A stretch of 64,000 bases of DNA. It comes from Gammaproteobacteria bacterium. Lineage in GTDB: Bacteria > Pseudomonadota > Gammaproteobacteria > JAKEHO01. Position numbers and translations under genes: made by a program. Shown here in pieces: positions 30,614-40,946 of this stretch (the first letter of the stretch is position 1; every line of letters begins with the position of its first letter). The stretch spans positions 10,559-74,558 of the forward strand of contig JAPUIX010000170.1 of NCBI GenBank assembly GCA_027296625.1, given 5' to 3'. The notes beneath the pieces are model-generated. The model did no database searches, was not told the DNA's origin, and worked only from the letters and a program-made list of their open reading frames with translations.

Positions 30614-31744
30614 TCACGCGACCTGCCGATTCGTGCAGGTCTTGCTTGACTCGCGTTCTGCGATCAATATCGGTTGGGGTAAGGGGGCGTCGTTGTAGGT
30701 GACCAGAGGCTCTGGAGCCAAGGGCCCTTCAGTACGTGGCCCACGAAGAGCGATCCATAGTGCCTTCAAGGGGCTAGCAAAAGTATCGTTGACCGCTGTA
30801 GGTTCATAGCCGCAGTGGACCATGCAATCTGCGCACTTCGGGTTGCGGCCCGTGCCGTAGTGTTCCCAGTCCGTCTCTTCCATTAGTTTCTCAAACGTTG
30901 GCGCATAGCCTTCGCCTACCAGTAAGTAACACGGCTTCTGCCAGCCAAATACATTGCGCGTCGGGTTGCCCCATGGTGTGCACTGATAGGCTTGGTTACC
31001 CGCAAGAAAATCGAGATACAGGGATGACTGGTTGAAACGCCATTTGCGACCCTTGCCAAGCCGGAAGATATCGCGAAAAAGTTGGTTGCTGGTCTTTCGT
31101 TTTAGAAACACATCCTGTTTTGGCGCACGCTCGTAACTATAACCAGGTGAAATGGTTACGCCTTCCACCCCGAGACCCATAGCGAAGTCAAGAAATTCTG
31201 CGACCTCGTCAGCTTGTTCCCTTTGAAATAGCGTGCAGTTTATGGTCACTCGAAAGCCTTTTTCACTTACCTTTCTAATTGCTTCTATAACCTTGTCAAA
31301 AACGCCTTCTCGACATACAGATGTGTCGTGCCGTTCGCGATTGCCATCGAGATGGATCGAGAACGTGAGATAAGGAGACGGGGTGTAGTCATCTATGCGC
31401 TTCTCAAGAAGCAACGCGTTAGTGCAGAGATAGACGAATTTTTTGCGCTTAATGCAACCTTCTACAATCTTAGGCATCTCCTTGTGAATAAGTGGTTCAC
31501 CGCCGGGAATCGACACAATAGGGGCACCGCACTCATCCACAGCGTCCATACATTCTTCATAGCTCAGACGCTTGTTCAGGATCTCGTCGGGGTAATCGAT
31601 CTTTCCACAACCTGCGCATGCGAGATTGCAGCGAAAAAGAGGTTCAAGCATAAGCACTAGGGGATAGCGCTTTACCCCACGGAGCTTTTGCCAAACGATG
31701 TATTTGCCTACACGATACTGCTGGAATAATGGGACACTCATCAC
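30614..31744 (-). CDS. hpnH: adenosyl-hopene transferase (radical SAM)
   Basis: YPLVLMLEPLFRCNLACAGCGKIDYP (CxxxCxxC) with full-length HpnH-like sequence. Confidence 0.9.
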   Translation of the reverse strand: MMSVPLFQQYRVGKYIVWQKLRGVKRYPLVLMLEPLFRCNLACAGCGKIDYPDEILNKRLSYEECMDAVDECGAPIVSIPGGEPLIHKEMPKIVEGCIKRKKFVYLCTNALLLEKRIDDYTPSPYLTFSIHLDGNRERHDTSVCREGVFDKVIEAIRKVSEKGFRVTINCTLFQREQADEVAEFLDFAMGLGVEGVTISPGYSYERAPKQDVFLKRKTSNQLFRDIFRLGKGRKWRFNQSSLYLDFLAGNQAYQCTPWGNPTRNVFGWQKPCYLLVGEGYAPTFEKLMEETDWEHYGTGRNPKCADCMVHCGYEPTAVNDTFASPLKALWIALRGPRTEGPLAPEPLVTYNDAPLPQPILIAERESSKTCTNRQVA

Positions 31745-31972
31745 TTCCCCCTCGTTTTTCGGGAAACTACCACCTCATCGTCCGACCGGTGGGAGAATTT
31801 CTTAGTGGCGGAGTAAGATAATGTAAGTACACGGAAATGTACAGGCTGTCTATTAGGCTGGGATCCGTCCCGACGGGCCAAAGTAGGGGTGCCGGGGATA
31901 ACCAGCCACATTTTCTTGCAACCGCTGGGTGGCCTATCCATAATGTGGGCTCGATTGCGCCCAGTTGAGCCT

Positions 31973-33886
31973 ATGAGCAACGACCATCAGTATAAGATGC
32001 TTGATTCAATCAAGGGTCCCGAGGATCTCCGTCGCCTTTCTGAATCTGAACTCGTGCCTCTGGCGGATGAACTGCGTAATTTTCTGCTCGCGTCTGTAAG
32101 CCAAAGTGGCGGGCATTTTGCTGCCGGCCTCGGTACAGTAGAGCTGACCATTGCGTTGCACTATGTCTTTAATACCCCGGAGGATCGGCTGGTCTGGGAT
32201 GTAGGCCACCAAGCTTATCCGCATAAGGTTTTGACGGGACGGCGCGAGCGTATGCACACAATACGGAAGTGGGGAGGACTGGCCCCATTTCCAAAACGAA
32301 ACGAAAGCCACTTCGATACTTTTGGCACCGGCCATTCCAGCACCTCGATTAGCGCTGCCTTGGGCATGGCCATTGCGGCGGCACGTCTAGATGTTGACCG
32401 CAAAGTCGTGGCCGTAATCGGCGATGGCGGTATGACTGCCGGAATGGCCTTTGAGGCGCTCAACCATGCTGGCGATCTTGGAACGAACTTGCTCGTCGTC
32501 CTCAATGACAATGACATGTCGATCTCTCCTAATGTTGGCGCGCTGTCTAATTACTTCGCGAAAGTGCTGTCAGGCAAACTCTACTCGACTGTCCGTGAAG
32601 GCAGTAAGAAAGCGCTAGCCAAGATGCCTTCTGTTTGGGAACTCGCGCGGCGGGCCGAAGAGCATTTCAAAGGCTTAATTATTCCAGGGACGCTATTTGA
32701 AGAGTTGGGATTCAATTATATCGGTCCGATCGATGGGCACGATTTGCCTACGCTTGTGACCACACTGAAGAATCTCAGTTCCCTGAAAGGACCGCAAATG
32801 CTTCACGTTGTCACACGCAAGGGTAAAGGTTACGCGCCGGCTGAAGCGGATCCCGTTAAATATCATGGCGTCACTCCATTTGATCCGAAAACGGGTATTG
32901 TCCCCTCAAAGTCCAAGTCTAAGCCCACGTACAGCAAGATCTTTGGTGATTGGATTTGCGATATGGCGCGAATTGATGAGCGTTTAGTGGCGATTACGCC
33001 CGCCATGCGCGAGGGTTCGGGGCTGGTAAGATTCGCTAAAGAATTTCCGGAGCGTTACTTTGATGTCGGGATTGCCGAACAGCATAGTGTGACCGTTGCA
33101 GCCGGGATGGTGTGTGACGGCCTGAAGCCCGTCGTGGCCATTTATTCAACGTTCCTGCAGCGCGCTTACGATCAGGTCATACATGACATCATAAATCAGA
33201 AGCTGCCTGTCATGTTTGCGATCGACCGGGCGGGCCTGGTCGGTGCCGATGGGCCAACCCACAACGGCAGCTTTGATCTGACGTATCTACGTTGCTTGCC
33301 TGACATGGTGGTCATGGCGCCTTCCGATGAGAACGAGTGTCGCCAGATGCTGTACACGGCCTTTCTGCTGGACCAGCCGAGTGCGGTACGCTATCCTCGC
33401 GGTAGCGGCCCGGGCGCTTCTGTGGAGTGGGATATGACGGCGCTACCCATCGGCAAGGCGGAGTTACGTCGCGAGGGCAGCGGCATTGCGATCCTTGCCT
33501 TCGGCACGATGGTGAGTCCCGCACTCGAAGTTGCCGAGGAACTGGATGCGACGGTGGTCAACATGCGGTTTGTCAAGCCGCTGGACGAAGACATGATCTT
33601 GAACATGACCGCGCGGCATGATTTGTTGGTGACGATAGAAGAAAATGTCATAGCAGGGGGCGCCGGTAGCGGGGTTAACGAGTGCCTAGCCGCCCACGGT
33701 GCCTGCCATCCGGTGATTAACTATGGTCTACCCGATCGCCTCATCCAGCACGGATCACGTGACGATATGTTGGCGAATGCGGAACTGACCTCCGAGGCGA
33801 TCTTACGTTTCATACAGGATTGTGTGCATAAAGACGAAAAACGCCGTCCGGCACGAAGCGCCAGAGTTGCCCGCTTCGTCCGCTAG
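31973..33886 (+). CDS. dxs: 1-deoxy-D-xylulose-5-phosphate synthase
   Basis: [13 protein letters not shown] start, [16 protein letters not shown] motif [15 protein letters not shown]. Divergent from hpnH. Confidence 0.95.
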   Translation: MSNDHQYKMLDSIKGPEDLRRLSESELVPLADELRNFLLASVSQSGGHFAAGLGTVELTIALHYVFNTPEDRLVWDVGHQAYPHKVLTGRRERMHTIRKWGGLAPFPKRNESHFDTFGTGHSSTSISAALGMAIAAARLDVDRKVVAVIGDGGMTAGMAFEALNHAGDLGTNLLVVLNDNDMSISPNVGALSNYFAKVLSGKLYSTVREGSKKALAKMPSVWELARRAEEHFKGLIIPGTLFEELGFNYIGPIDGHDLPTLVTTLKNLSSLKGPQMLHVVTRKGKGYAPAEADPVKYHGVTPFDPKTGIVPSKSKSKPTYSKIFGDWICDMARIDERLVAITPAMREGSGLVRFAKEFPERYFDVGIAEQHSVTVAAGMVCDGLKPVVAIYSTFLQRAYDQVIHDIINQKLPVMFAIDRAGLVGADGPTHNGSFDLTYLRCLPDMVVMAPSDENECRQMLYTAFLLDQPSAVRYPRGSGPGASVEWDMTALPIGKAELRREGSGIAILAFGTMVSPALEVAEELDATVVNMRFVKPLDEDMILNMTARHDLLVTIEENVIAGGAGSGVNECLAAHGACHPVINYGLPDRLIQHGSRDDMLANAELTSEAILRFIQDCVHKDEKRRPARSARVARFVR

Positions 33887-33908
33887 CGTTAACCGCTTTT
33901 CTTAATGT

Positions 33909-35033
33909 TCAATCGGCGGCGGCATCGACTGCGCCCGGCTTTCCAAGAGGCCCCCCATGTTCTGCCATCGCGCATTCAACGGCCGAGAGAAAACGTCCCA
34001 TGTCCTCGTGGGTGATTGCACCCATCGGGGAGACGCGGAATATACGGCGAGCGAATTCTCCTTGGCCAGCATAGACGACAAAACCGCGCTCTTTTAAGGC
34101 ATCGTGAAAAGTGTCGTAGTCTATTCCTTCGGGGAGATAAAAGGCATTTAGGACAACCGATGAGACCTTTTCAGGTAAGAGGGGGACTATTCCTAAGTCC
34201 TCAAGGCCGCTGCGGACCGTCTCTGCGAGCGTTTTGTACCTAGCGTGTCTGGCGCGCCATCCCCCTTCGTCTTCGAACTCGCCGAGCGCCTCGGCCAGTG
34301 CATAGAACGCCTGTACCGATTGGGTGTAGGGTGTGTCGCCTGTATCCTGTGCCCGGCAGTAGCGTTCCAGATCGAGATAGAGGCTGCGCCGGGGGCCATT
34401 CACACCAAGCAACGCATTCCGGCGCACGATCACAAACGACGCGCCCGGGACGCCGTGGAGGCATTTGTTCGCTGTTGCCGCGCAGCCTGCGATATCCAAC
34501 GCCTCGAAGTCCAACGCCTCCGCGCCAAAGCTGCTGACGGCATCCACAAGTAATGGGATGCCCCGCCCGCGACACAATTCGCCTATCGCGGTGAGGTTAT
34601 TCAACCGCCCCGTGGTTGTCTCGTGATGGACGACCGCCACGTGCGTGAACCCGTTGGTCTCGGCGAGGCCTCGCGAAAGCGCAGCAAGGTCAATGCTCTC
34701 GCCCCACGGATGGGCGAAGCGCATGTGGTCAATCTGATGGATCGAAGCGATCTCACAAAGCCGCTCACCGTAGACACCGTTCTCCAGGATCAGGACCCGG
34801 CCCTCTTGTGGAACCAAGCTCGTTATCATCGCCTCCATTGCCGCCGTGCCGGAGCCTGTTAAGAGGACTGTTGCAAATGCCTGGGGCGAGAGCCCATAGA
34901 CCCGCAGCAGGGCTTGGCGGATCTGGTCCTGCAATGCGAAGAACTCCGATTCCCGGTGAGACAGATCAGGACGCTGTAAGGCCTGGCGAACACGCTCGCT
35001 GAGGTTCACTGGGCCCGGTGTCAACAGGATCAT
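33909..35033 (-). CDS. phnW: 2-aminoethylphosphonate--pyruvate transaminase (class V, PhnW/AepZ type)
   Basis: LLTPGPVNLS, VHHETTTGRLN, SSFG, and ANKCLHGVPGASFVI (PLP lysine). ATGA overlap with the phosphonopyruvate decarboxylase stop at 35030-35033. Confidence 0.8.
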   Translation of the reverse strand: MILLTPGPVNLSERVRQALQRPDLSHRESEFFALQDQIRQALLRVYGLSPQAFATVLLTGSGTAAMEAMITSLVPQEGRVLILENGVYGERLCEIASIHQIDHMRFAHPWGESIDLAALSRGLAETNGFTHVAVVHHETTTGRLNNLTAIGELCRGRGIPLLVDAVSSFGAEALDFEALDIAGCAATANKCLHGVPGASFVIVRRNALLGVNGPRRSLYLDLERYCRAQDTGDTPYTQSVQAFYALAEALGEFEDEGGWRARHARYKTLAETVRSGLEDLGIVPLLPEKVSSVVLNAFYLPEGIDYDTFHDALKERGFVVYAGQGEFARRIFRVSPMGAITHEDMGRFLSAVECAMAEHGGPLGKPGAVDAAAD

Positions 35034-36217
35034 GCCCGGCGCTGGGATGGCTGGGTTGCACTGCGGATATGGCTCATCAGGCGCTGGCAAACGGCATCGG
35101 GCGAAAGGGCCGGCCGTGGCAGGTCCTTCGGCCTGCCTGTCTGGATCTTGAGGTGCCCAAATCGAGGTCCGTCTCCTGCATCTTCAGCAAGCAGTCGATC
35201 GACCAGCGCTAAATCATCGCCGTCCATGGCCAGTGTGTAACCGCAGGCCAGCGCCACGTCGGCAAAGGACACGCTAGCGGAAACGGTGGCCTGCGCCCCG
35301 GTCGAGTCGTGTGCATGGTTGTCCAGTACCAAGTGCGTTAGATTCGGACCACCGTAGGCCCCGATGGTGGCGAAGTTGCCCATGCGCATGAGTGCCGCAC
35401 CATCGCCGTCAATCACGACGACCCTCATATCTGGGCGCGCCATGGCGAGCCCGAGACCCAAAGAGGAGGCACAACCCATCGATCCGACCATGTAGATGTG
35501 GTTGCTTCGATCTGCCAGGGCAAAGAGCTCCCGACCGGTATAACCGGTTGTTGCAATGAGCACCGTGTCGTGTTCCGGCGTGAGCTCGATGACGCGCTCT
35601 AAGACCTGACTGCGTGTGAGAAGCTCGCCAGCTCTTCGCTTAAAAAACCGGTGCCGTCGCCTCTTCGGCGCCTCTTTCGGGGTGATGGCCGTTTTCCGGT
35701 TTAGGTGGTGGGGTCCGACCGTGCCCTTGCGCATCACCAGCGCATAGGGCCTGCGCTCGGAGGACGTGTACGCCTCAACGCGACTCAGCACTGGTTCGAT
35801 CTGTTCCGCATCGGTAGGAAAAAACTCCCAGGGCACTGCCATCGTTTCGAAAAGGTTACCTGTGATCCGCCCCATCAACTCGTGCTGCGGCTCATCCTCG
35901 CGGTCGGGATCACCCCGCAGTGTGCAGATGATGAGCACCGGTATGCGAAACACATGGGAAAGCGAAGTCAGGGGGTTAATCGCGTTACCCAGCCCGGAGT
36001 TCTGCATCATGACCACGGCTTGTTGGCCGCCGATGACGGCACCAGCTGAGGCGGCGAGGGCATCGCCCTCATTGGACGATGACACATAGGTAAGGCTGTC
36101 GTCGTCGATGACATAGTTGATGAAGGGTGTAAGGAAGGAACAGGGGACGCCGGCGTACCATTGGTAGCCACAACGCCGTGCGGATTCGACGAATTGCTCA
36201 GCACTAATCACGGTCAC
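35030..36217 (-). CDS. phosphonopyruvate decarboxylase (TPP-dependent)
   Basis: [15 protein letters not shown]-terminus and TPP-binding [18 protein letters not shown] overlap with the PEP mutase stop. Confidence 0.85.
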   Translation of the reverse strand: MTVISAEQFVESARRCGYQWYAGVPCSFLTPFINYVIDDDSLTYVSSSNEGDALAASAGAVIGGQQAVVMMQNSGLGNAINPLTSLSHVFRIPVLIICTLRGDPDREDEPQHELMGRITGNLFETMAVPWEFFPTDAEQIEPVLSRVEAYTSSERRPYALVMRKGTVGPHHLNRKTAITPKEAPKRRRHRFFKRRAGELLTRSQVLERVIELTPEHDTVLIATTGYTGRELFALADRSNHIYMVGSMGCASSLGLGLAMARPDMRVVVIDGDGAALMRMGNFATIGAYGGPNLTHLVLDNHAHDSTGAQATVSASVSFADVALACGYTLAMDGDDLALVDRLLAEDAGDGPRFGHLKIQTGRPKDLPRPALSPDAVCQRLMSHIRSATQPSQRRA

Positions 36218-37899
36218 CGATTCCTTGGGCGATCGTATGTTAAGGTCCCATGTGTGAAATCGCCCGCACGGTCGATATCGTCCAGTGTGTTCACGTCAAG
36301 CCAGTGCCCATTGATGTAATGCACTGTGATTGTGTTGCCGTTTTGAACAAGATGGTTCAAAAGATCTGGCATGCCCATGCGGTTGAAGTGAGGATGCTGC
36401 ATTAGTTTGTCAAGTGCCTTGGTTAACCATTGTCTACCCAGTCTGCGTGTACGCAGCATGCCGATCCAGCGGCCATTTGGTTGCCCGAAGTCATCGTTTT
36501 TGGTCTTTTCTGATACATGCAGGAGTTCGACGTCCTGGCTAAACAACGAACGATCATCTGGCGCTGAGCAATAGGCAAAATCCGGTGAACCGGAGAGGGG
36601 AGTGCTAGGCGTTGCCGAATCGACGACTGCAACGATTTCACCTTGGCAATCCAGTAAGTCCCTTAAGATGTAGCTACGAAACAGGAGATCTCCATACAGG
36701 ATCAGCATGTCGTCATGGAATGACCCTTGAGCACAGGCCAGCGAGGCTAACTCACCCGTGGATTCATGGTCGGGATTAATCATCACCTTGACGCCTTTGA
36801 TATTAGTGATAGCCTCCGCCTTGTAACCGGCCACAATAGCTATATCGTTAATCTCTTGTTTCTTGAATTCACTTACGAGTCGACTGAGAAGTGGCTGGCC
36901 TCCGATCGGCAGCATACCCTTGGGCCGATCATGTGTCAGTCCCGCCAACTCTTGCCCCCGCGTTGCCGCAAGAACAATTGCATGGGTCTGGTGTTCATTT
37001 GGCCTCGCGTAACGCTGTGCTGCGTCGAGCAATTCGTCGGCACCCTGCAGGCGGAATAGTTCTTGGACTGGGGCGATGCGATCTTCGATATTGACTAGAG
37101 TCTGACTTGACTGGATCTCCTGAGCGATGGACGACATGCTCGACACAGAAGTGCGTATCATTTGATTTGCCCAGATCACAAGACTAATTTTTTCTTTGCG
37201 AAAGACATCTGTTGGCGTACTACAATAGGTTGTGGGCACAATGATGAGTGGTGATCGGCCGGACCACTCTCGTGTAAACGTCAGCACTTCATCGGGACGT
37301 GGCAGCCTGCTGTGAATTAAAATCGCGTCGGCCCCTGCTTTATAATAGGCGCTGGCCCGACGTAGCGCTTCGCTCATATCCCAACCGGTAATTAACGCCT
37401 CGACTCTCGCGACGATTCTGAAATCCGGATCGGTCTGGCTATCCTTCCCTGCCTTGATCTTGCCGCAAAATTCATCCACATTTGCTAAGGGTTGGCGGTT
37501 TGGGTTGATGAAACTGTTCGATTTTGGGAACAATTTGTCTTCAATACAAACACCGGCTACTCCCCTTTGTTCAAGTTTTCTTACAAGCCGACGCATATTG
37601 TTGAAGTCGCCGTAGCCGGTATCCCCATCAAGTAAGATTGGGATCCGCGTTGCGTCTGCCATAAACTCAAGCATTTCCACTACCTGAGTCCAGCTTGCCT
37701 CATTGTTGTCCCGTACGCCGAATTGAGCAGAGATGGCCAAGCCACTGGCCCAGATCCCCTTAAAACCGGCTTCCTCCACAATTCGGGCACTGATTCCGTT
37801 ATGCGCCTCCATGATAAATTCGAGTTCCGGCGATTCAAGCAATGCTCGTAACTGAGCACATTTGCTTGGTGAGCAGGCGGGTGTTTGGGGCTTTGCCAT
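36214..37899 (-). CDS. phosphoenolpyruvate phosphomutase fused to a C-terminal nucleotidyltransferase domain
   Basis: Residues 1-295 or so form an isocitrate-lyase/PEP-mutase fold with the PepM-diagnostic EDK-x5-NS ([11 protein letters not shown]). Residues 310-561 or so form an NTP-transferase fold ([32 protein letters not shown]). Confidence 0.85.
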   Translation of the reverse strand: MAKPQTPACSPSKCAQLRALLESPELEFIMEAHNGISARIVEEAGFKGIWASGLAISAQFGVRDNNEASWTQVVEMLEFMADATRIPILLDGDTGYGDFNNMRRLVRKLEQRGVAGVCIEDKLFPKSNSFINPNRQPLANVDEFCGKIKAGKDSQTDPDFRIVARVEALITGWDMSEALRRASAYYKAGADAILIHSRLPRPDEVLTFTREWSGRSPLIIVPTTYCSTPTDVFRKEKISLVIWANQMIRTSVSSMSSIAQEIQSSQTLVNIEDRIAPVQELFRLQGADELLDAAQRYARPNEHQTHAIVLAATRGQELAGLTHDRPKGMLPIGGQPLLSRLVSEFKKQEINDIAIVAGYKAEAITNIKGVKVMINPDHESTGELASLACAQGSFHDDMLILYGDLLFRSYILRDLLDCQGEIVAVVDSATPSTPLSGSPDFAYCSAPDDRSLFSQDVELLHVSEKTKNDDFGQPNGRWIGMLRTRRLGRQWLTKALDKLMQHPHFNRMGMPDLLNHLVQNGNTITVHYINGHWLDVNTLDDIDRAGDFTHGTLTYDRPRNR

Positions 37900-38652
37900 T
37901 TAGTGAGCCGAATTCATGATCTTGGGGAGTATGTGGCGTTGAGCGCGGCCGATATCGGCTGGAAAGTCGATCTCGATCCAGGGCAAGCCGGTAATGTCTT
38001 CGTAGGCAAATTCGTGGGGAGAAGCAAGTAATACATCCCGAATGACTTCCTCGTAGGGTTCCTCATCGAGGCCTGCACTGGCATAGTATTCAGCCCTGGC
38101 GGCTATGCGGTTAGCAATGTCTCTGGAAAAGCGGAAGAATCCAACGGCTTCGCCGCACATATCAAATTCGAGCGTTTCATCAATCTGCTTGCGAAACTCG
38201 ACCAGGCGCTTATTGTGGAGACACAACTTAACGGGTTCGTCTCCAGGCTCAAAATCTCGATCTAACAAGAAACAATTGTGCCATCGGCTATCCATCAGCC
38301 GCCGAATCAACCGATGATCGTATAGTACATCGGCATCGGTTAATAGCGCACCGTCGCCCGAGGCCAAGTGTTCCCGTACAACCCAGAGACTGATAACGCT
38401 GCCTTTTCTGTAGTCTGGATTGTGGATGACGCTGACAAAGCCATCGGGCGCAACCTTTTGTATCTCGTCTTCAATTAATTCGTGCCGATAGCCGACCGCG
38501 ATGATGACATGCTCGACGCCACACTGGCGAAGCGTTTCCAAGTGTCGAGCCAAAAGTGTGGCACCATCGAATTTGATCAGGCATTTTGGGCCATCGTGCA
38601 CTTCTTTACCAAGACGCTGGCCGATCCCGGCTGCGAGGATTATCGCCTTCAT
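37900..38652 (-). CDS. stand-alone nucleotidyltransferase (LicC/PntC-like cytidylyltransferase family)
   Basis: MKAIILAAGIGQRLG...PKCLIKF signature. Its TAA stop is immediately followed by the PepM ATG. Confidence 0.7.
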   Translation of the reverse strand: MKAIILAAGIGQRLGKEVHDGPKCLIKFDGATLLARHLETLRQCGVEHVIIAVGYRHELIEDEIQKVAPDGFVSVIHNPDYRKGSVISLWVVREHLASGDGALLTDADVLYDHRLIRRLMDSRWHNCFLLDRDFEPGDEPVKLCLHNKRLVEFRKQIDETLEFDMCGEAVGFFRFSRDIANRIAARAEYYASAGLDEEPYEEVIRDVLLASPHEFAYEDITGLPWIEIDFPADIGRAQRHILPKIMNSAH

Positions 38653-38741
38653 GTCGTGTCACACACAGCGACCAGGGGTATTAATGCGGAATAAAAACGA
38701 GATGAATTGCTCGAAAACGTGTCTCGCATTGGGGCCTTTGC

Positions 38742-39749
38742 TTAGTTGTCTGCACTTGGGGACGTATCTTTGGACGGCTTTTCACGGCGTAGCCACAGAC
38801 GCTTCCCCTCCGCAATTTGCCAGGATAGCAGGCCCGGCAATCCTAACAGTAGTTCGCGTACCCGCTTTGTCAATGACAGTGCCAGTGAGATATCAGGTGT
38901 GATCCCGAGCAAGCTGCCAAGAAAAATGTAACCGCCTTCCTGCACGCCCAGAGCCCCCGGGATTGCGAACCCGGCTGCTCGGATGGCTTGACCAAGGCTT
39001 TCCAGCAACAGCGCTTCCATCAATGATACCGGTCTGCCGAGGAAATACATTGCCAGCCAAACTTCGCCCACACCGAGAAACCAGCCTAACAATCGCCAGA
39101 TGCAAACGGTGAGAATCGTTCGGTCTTGTCGATAGAGGTCGACGATCGCGCTATCGAGTGCCTTCGGATCCCCAAGCGACGATATCCAGTCGCGATCACC
39201 GACGACTACTTTCAATACGCGTACCAGGACTGTAAAGAGACCCCGCTGTTGCGCGTAGAAAAATCCCCAGGTTGCAAGTAATGAGATGAGTAGTGCGCCA
39301 AGTACAGCGTTGACAGCCAGCTGCTCACTAAATATTGTCAGCAACATACCAAGACCAACGCCCGTGAATATGATTTGAGTTAAGATCGCTGCGGTGAGAT
39401 CCACCACGACGCTGGCACCTGCCGTAACACCTGGGACACCAAAGTGCATAAGCAGTCGTGCCTTGAGCACATCGCCCCCTATCTGGGCGGCCGGTAGCAA
39501 GCCGTTGACTGATTCACCCACCCAACGAGCCCATAGCAGCCTGTGAAACCGTGGCCGTGTCGGTTCAATCAGGCGGCTCCATGCGACCGCATCCGCCCAC
39601 ATCGGCACCAGGTGAAAGAGTGTCACGACAAGAAGCCCCCAGCCGGCAACCGCAAGCGTAGCAGCAACCTCTGACACACCCTGGTAGCTGATAATGCCAA
39701 CGAATAGTGCAAGTCCCGCAATCCAGGCGATATAGGCGGTGATTTTCAC
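38742..39749 (-). CDS. hpnL: HpnL-type membrane protein (UPF0104 / lysyl-PG-synthase TM, flippase-like family)
   Basis: 335 aa with about 8 TM helices and the LLPAAQIGGDVLKARLL block. Lies between hpnA and the phosphonate genes. Confidence 0.55.
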   Translation of the reverse strand: MKITAYIAWIAGLALFVGIISYQGVSEVAATLAVAGWGLLVVTLFHLVPMWADAVAWSRLIEPTRPRFHRLLWARWVGESVNGLLPAAQIGGDVLKARLLMHFGVPGVTAGASVVVDLTAAILTQIIFTGVGLGMLLTIFSEQLAVNAVLGALLISLLATWGFFYAQQRGLFTVLVRVLKVVVGDRDWISSLGDPKALDSAIVDLYRQDRTILTVCIWRLLGWFLGVGEVWLAMYFLGRPVSLMEALLLESLGQAIRAAGFAIPGALGVQEGGYIFLGSLLGITPDISLALSLTKRVRELLLGLPGLLSWQIAEGKRLWLRREKPSKDTSPSADN

Positions 39750-39955
39750 GGATCGTTATCCAACGTTAAGACACGAGCAGAAACAATGGTGGCGTGCTTT
39801 CGATTGACACATTGGACCTTAGCTGCTCTTAGTATGCTTACTCTGACTCCAGCAACTTAAAATACCATGCTCGCGGTTTTTCTTATCCAGTGCAAACCGC
39901 TGGGCAGTATACGTAGCCGTGATTCGACTTATGAGTGATGTGGCCGGTGATGTAA

Positions 39956-40945
39956 TCAGCAGTAACCGTGACTGCGAAACCATTCCATGGCGTCTCGCAG
40001 GGCTTCTCTGATCGGTCGTGGTTGATACCCGAGCTCCCGCTGTGCTTTATCACTGCTGAAGAACATCATTTTTCTAGACATCCGCACACCATCAACTGTC
40101 ACGCGCGGCTCGCTGCCGCCTGTTACCTTTGCCCATGCTTCCGAGAAATATGCGATGGGCAACAATGCAGTATGGGGCAACCGGATTCTGGGCGGGGCGT
40201 GTCCAGTCAACGAGGCGATTTCGTGCAGGATTTCTTTAAGCGTCATATTGTATCCGCCCAAGATGTAACGCTCGCCTGTTTTCCCGTGCTGGTAGGCCAA
40301 GAGATGGCCCGCAGCAACATCATCGACATGCGCGAGGTTAAGTCCTGTATCAACATAGGCCGGCATACGATCGGTTACTGCATCCAGAATCATTCGACCT
40401 GTCGGCGTTGGTTTGATGTCCCTCGGTCCTACAGGCGCCGATGGATTTACAACGACCGCCGGCAGCCCCTCATCTTTCACTAATCGATGCACCTCCGCCT
40501 CAGCCAGAAACTTAGAGCGTTTGTAGTGACCAATCATGTCTTCGACAGACACAGGTGTTGTTTCATCGGCGGGACTGCCATCTGGATTGAGACCTAAAGT
40601 TGCCACGCTGCTCGTGTACACAATTCGCTCGATGCCGGCGTTGAGGGCGGCAAGCATGACGTTGCGTGTGCCAGTGACGTTCGCCTCATACAATTCTTCT
40701 GGCCTGCTTGCCCAGAGGCGGTAGTCAGCTGCCACATGGAACAGGACGGTGCATGTTAAAAGGGCACGCTCTAGTGATGGGCGATCGGTGAGATCGCCTT
40801 CCGCCACATCGATGCGCAGACCGTTAAGATTTCTCAGATCGCTGGTGGGGCGTACGAGTGCTCGCACCTGGTGCCCGGCATCTGACAGGGCGCGTACGAC
40901 GGCTGAGCCGACAAAACCGGTTGCTCCCGTGATTAGGGTTGTCAT
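39956..40945 (-). CDS. hpnA: hopanoid-associated NAD-dependent sugar epimerase/reductase
   Basis: MTTLITGATGFVGSAVVRAL Rossmann fold and YxxxK (YKRSK). The start lies 1 nt after the hpnN stop. Confidence 0.8.
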   Translation of the reverse strand: MTTLITGATGFVGSAVVRALSDAGHQVRALVRPTSDLRNLNGLRIDVAEGDLTDRPSLERALLTCTVLFHVAADYRLWASRPEELYEANVTGTRNVMLAALNAGIERIVYTSSVATLGLNPDGSPADETTPVSVEDMIGHYKRSKFLAEAEVHRLVKDEGLPAVVVNPSAPVGPRDIKPTPTGRMILDAVTDRMPAYVDTGLNLAHVDDVAAGHLLAYQHGKTGERYILGGYNMTLKEILHEIASLTGHAPPRIRLPHTALLPIAYFSEAWAKVTGGSEPRVTVDGVRMSRKMMFFSSDKAQRELGYQPRPIREALRDAMEWFRSHGYC

Positions 40946-40946
40946 G

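Noticed and set aside
33909-35033. Possibility that the aminotransferase is the hopanoid amino-BHT enzyme HpnO
   Set aside because: HpnO is a class III (ornithine aminotransferase-like) enzyme. This protein is class V, with PhnW-type blocks (VHHETTTG, ANKC..GVPG), and it overlaps the phosphonopyruvate decarboxylase stop by ATGA.
39800-39840. Perfect TTGACA hexamer on the plus strand in the hpnA-hpnL spacer
   Set aside because: The best downstream -10-like hexamer (TAGTAT) is about 20 nt away, which is too far. The direction is also antisense to the operon. It is not supportable as a promoter.
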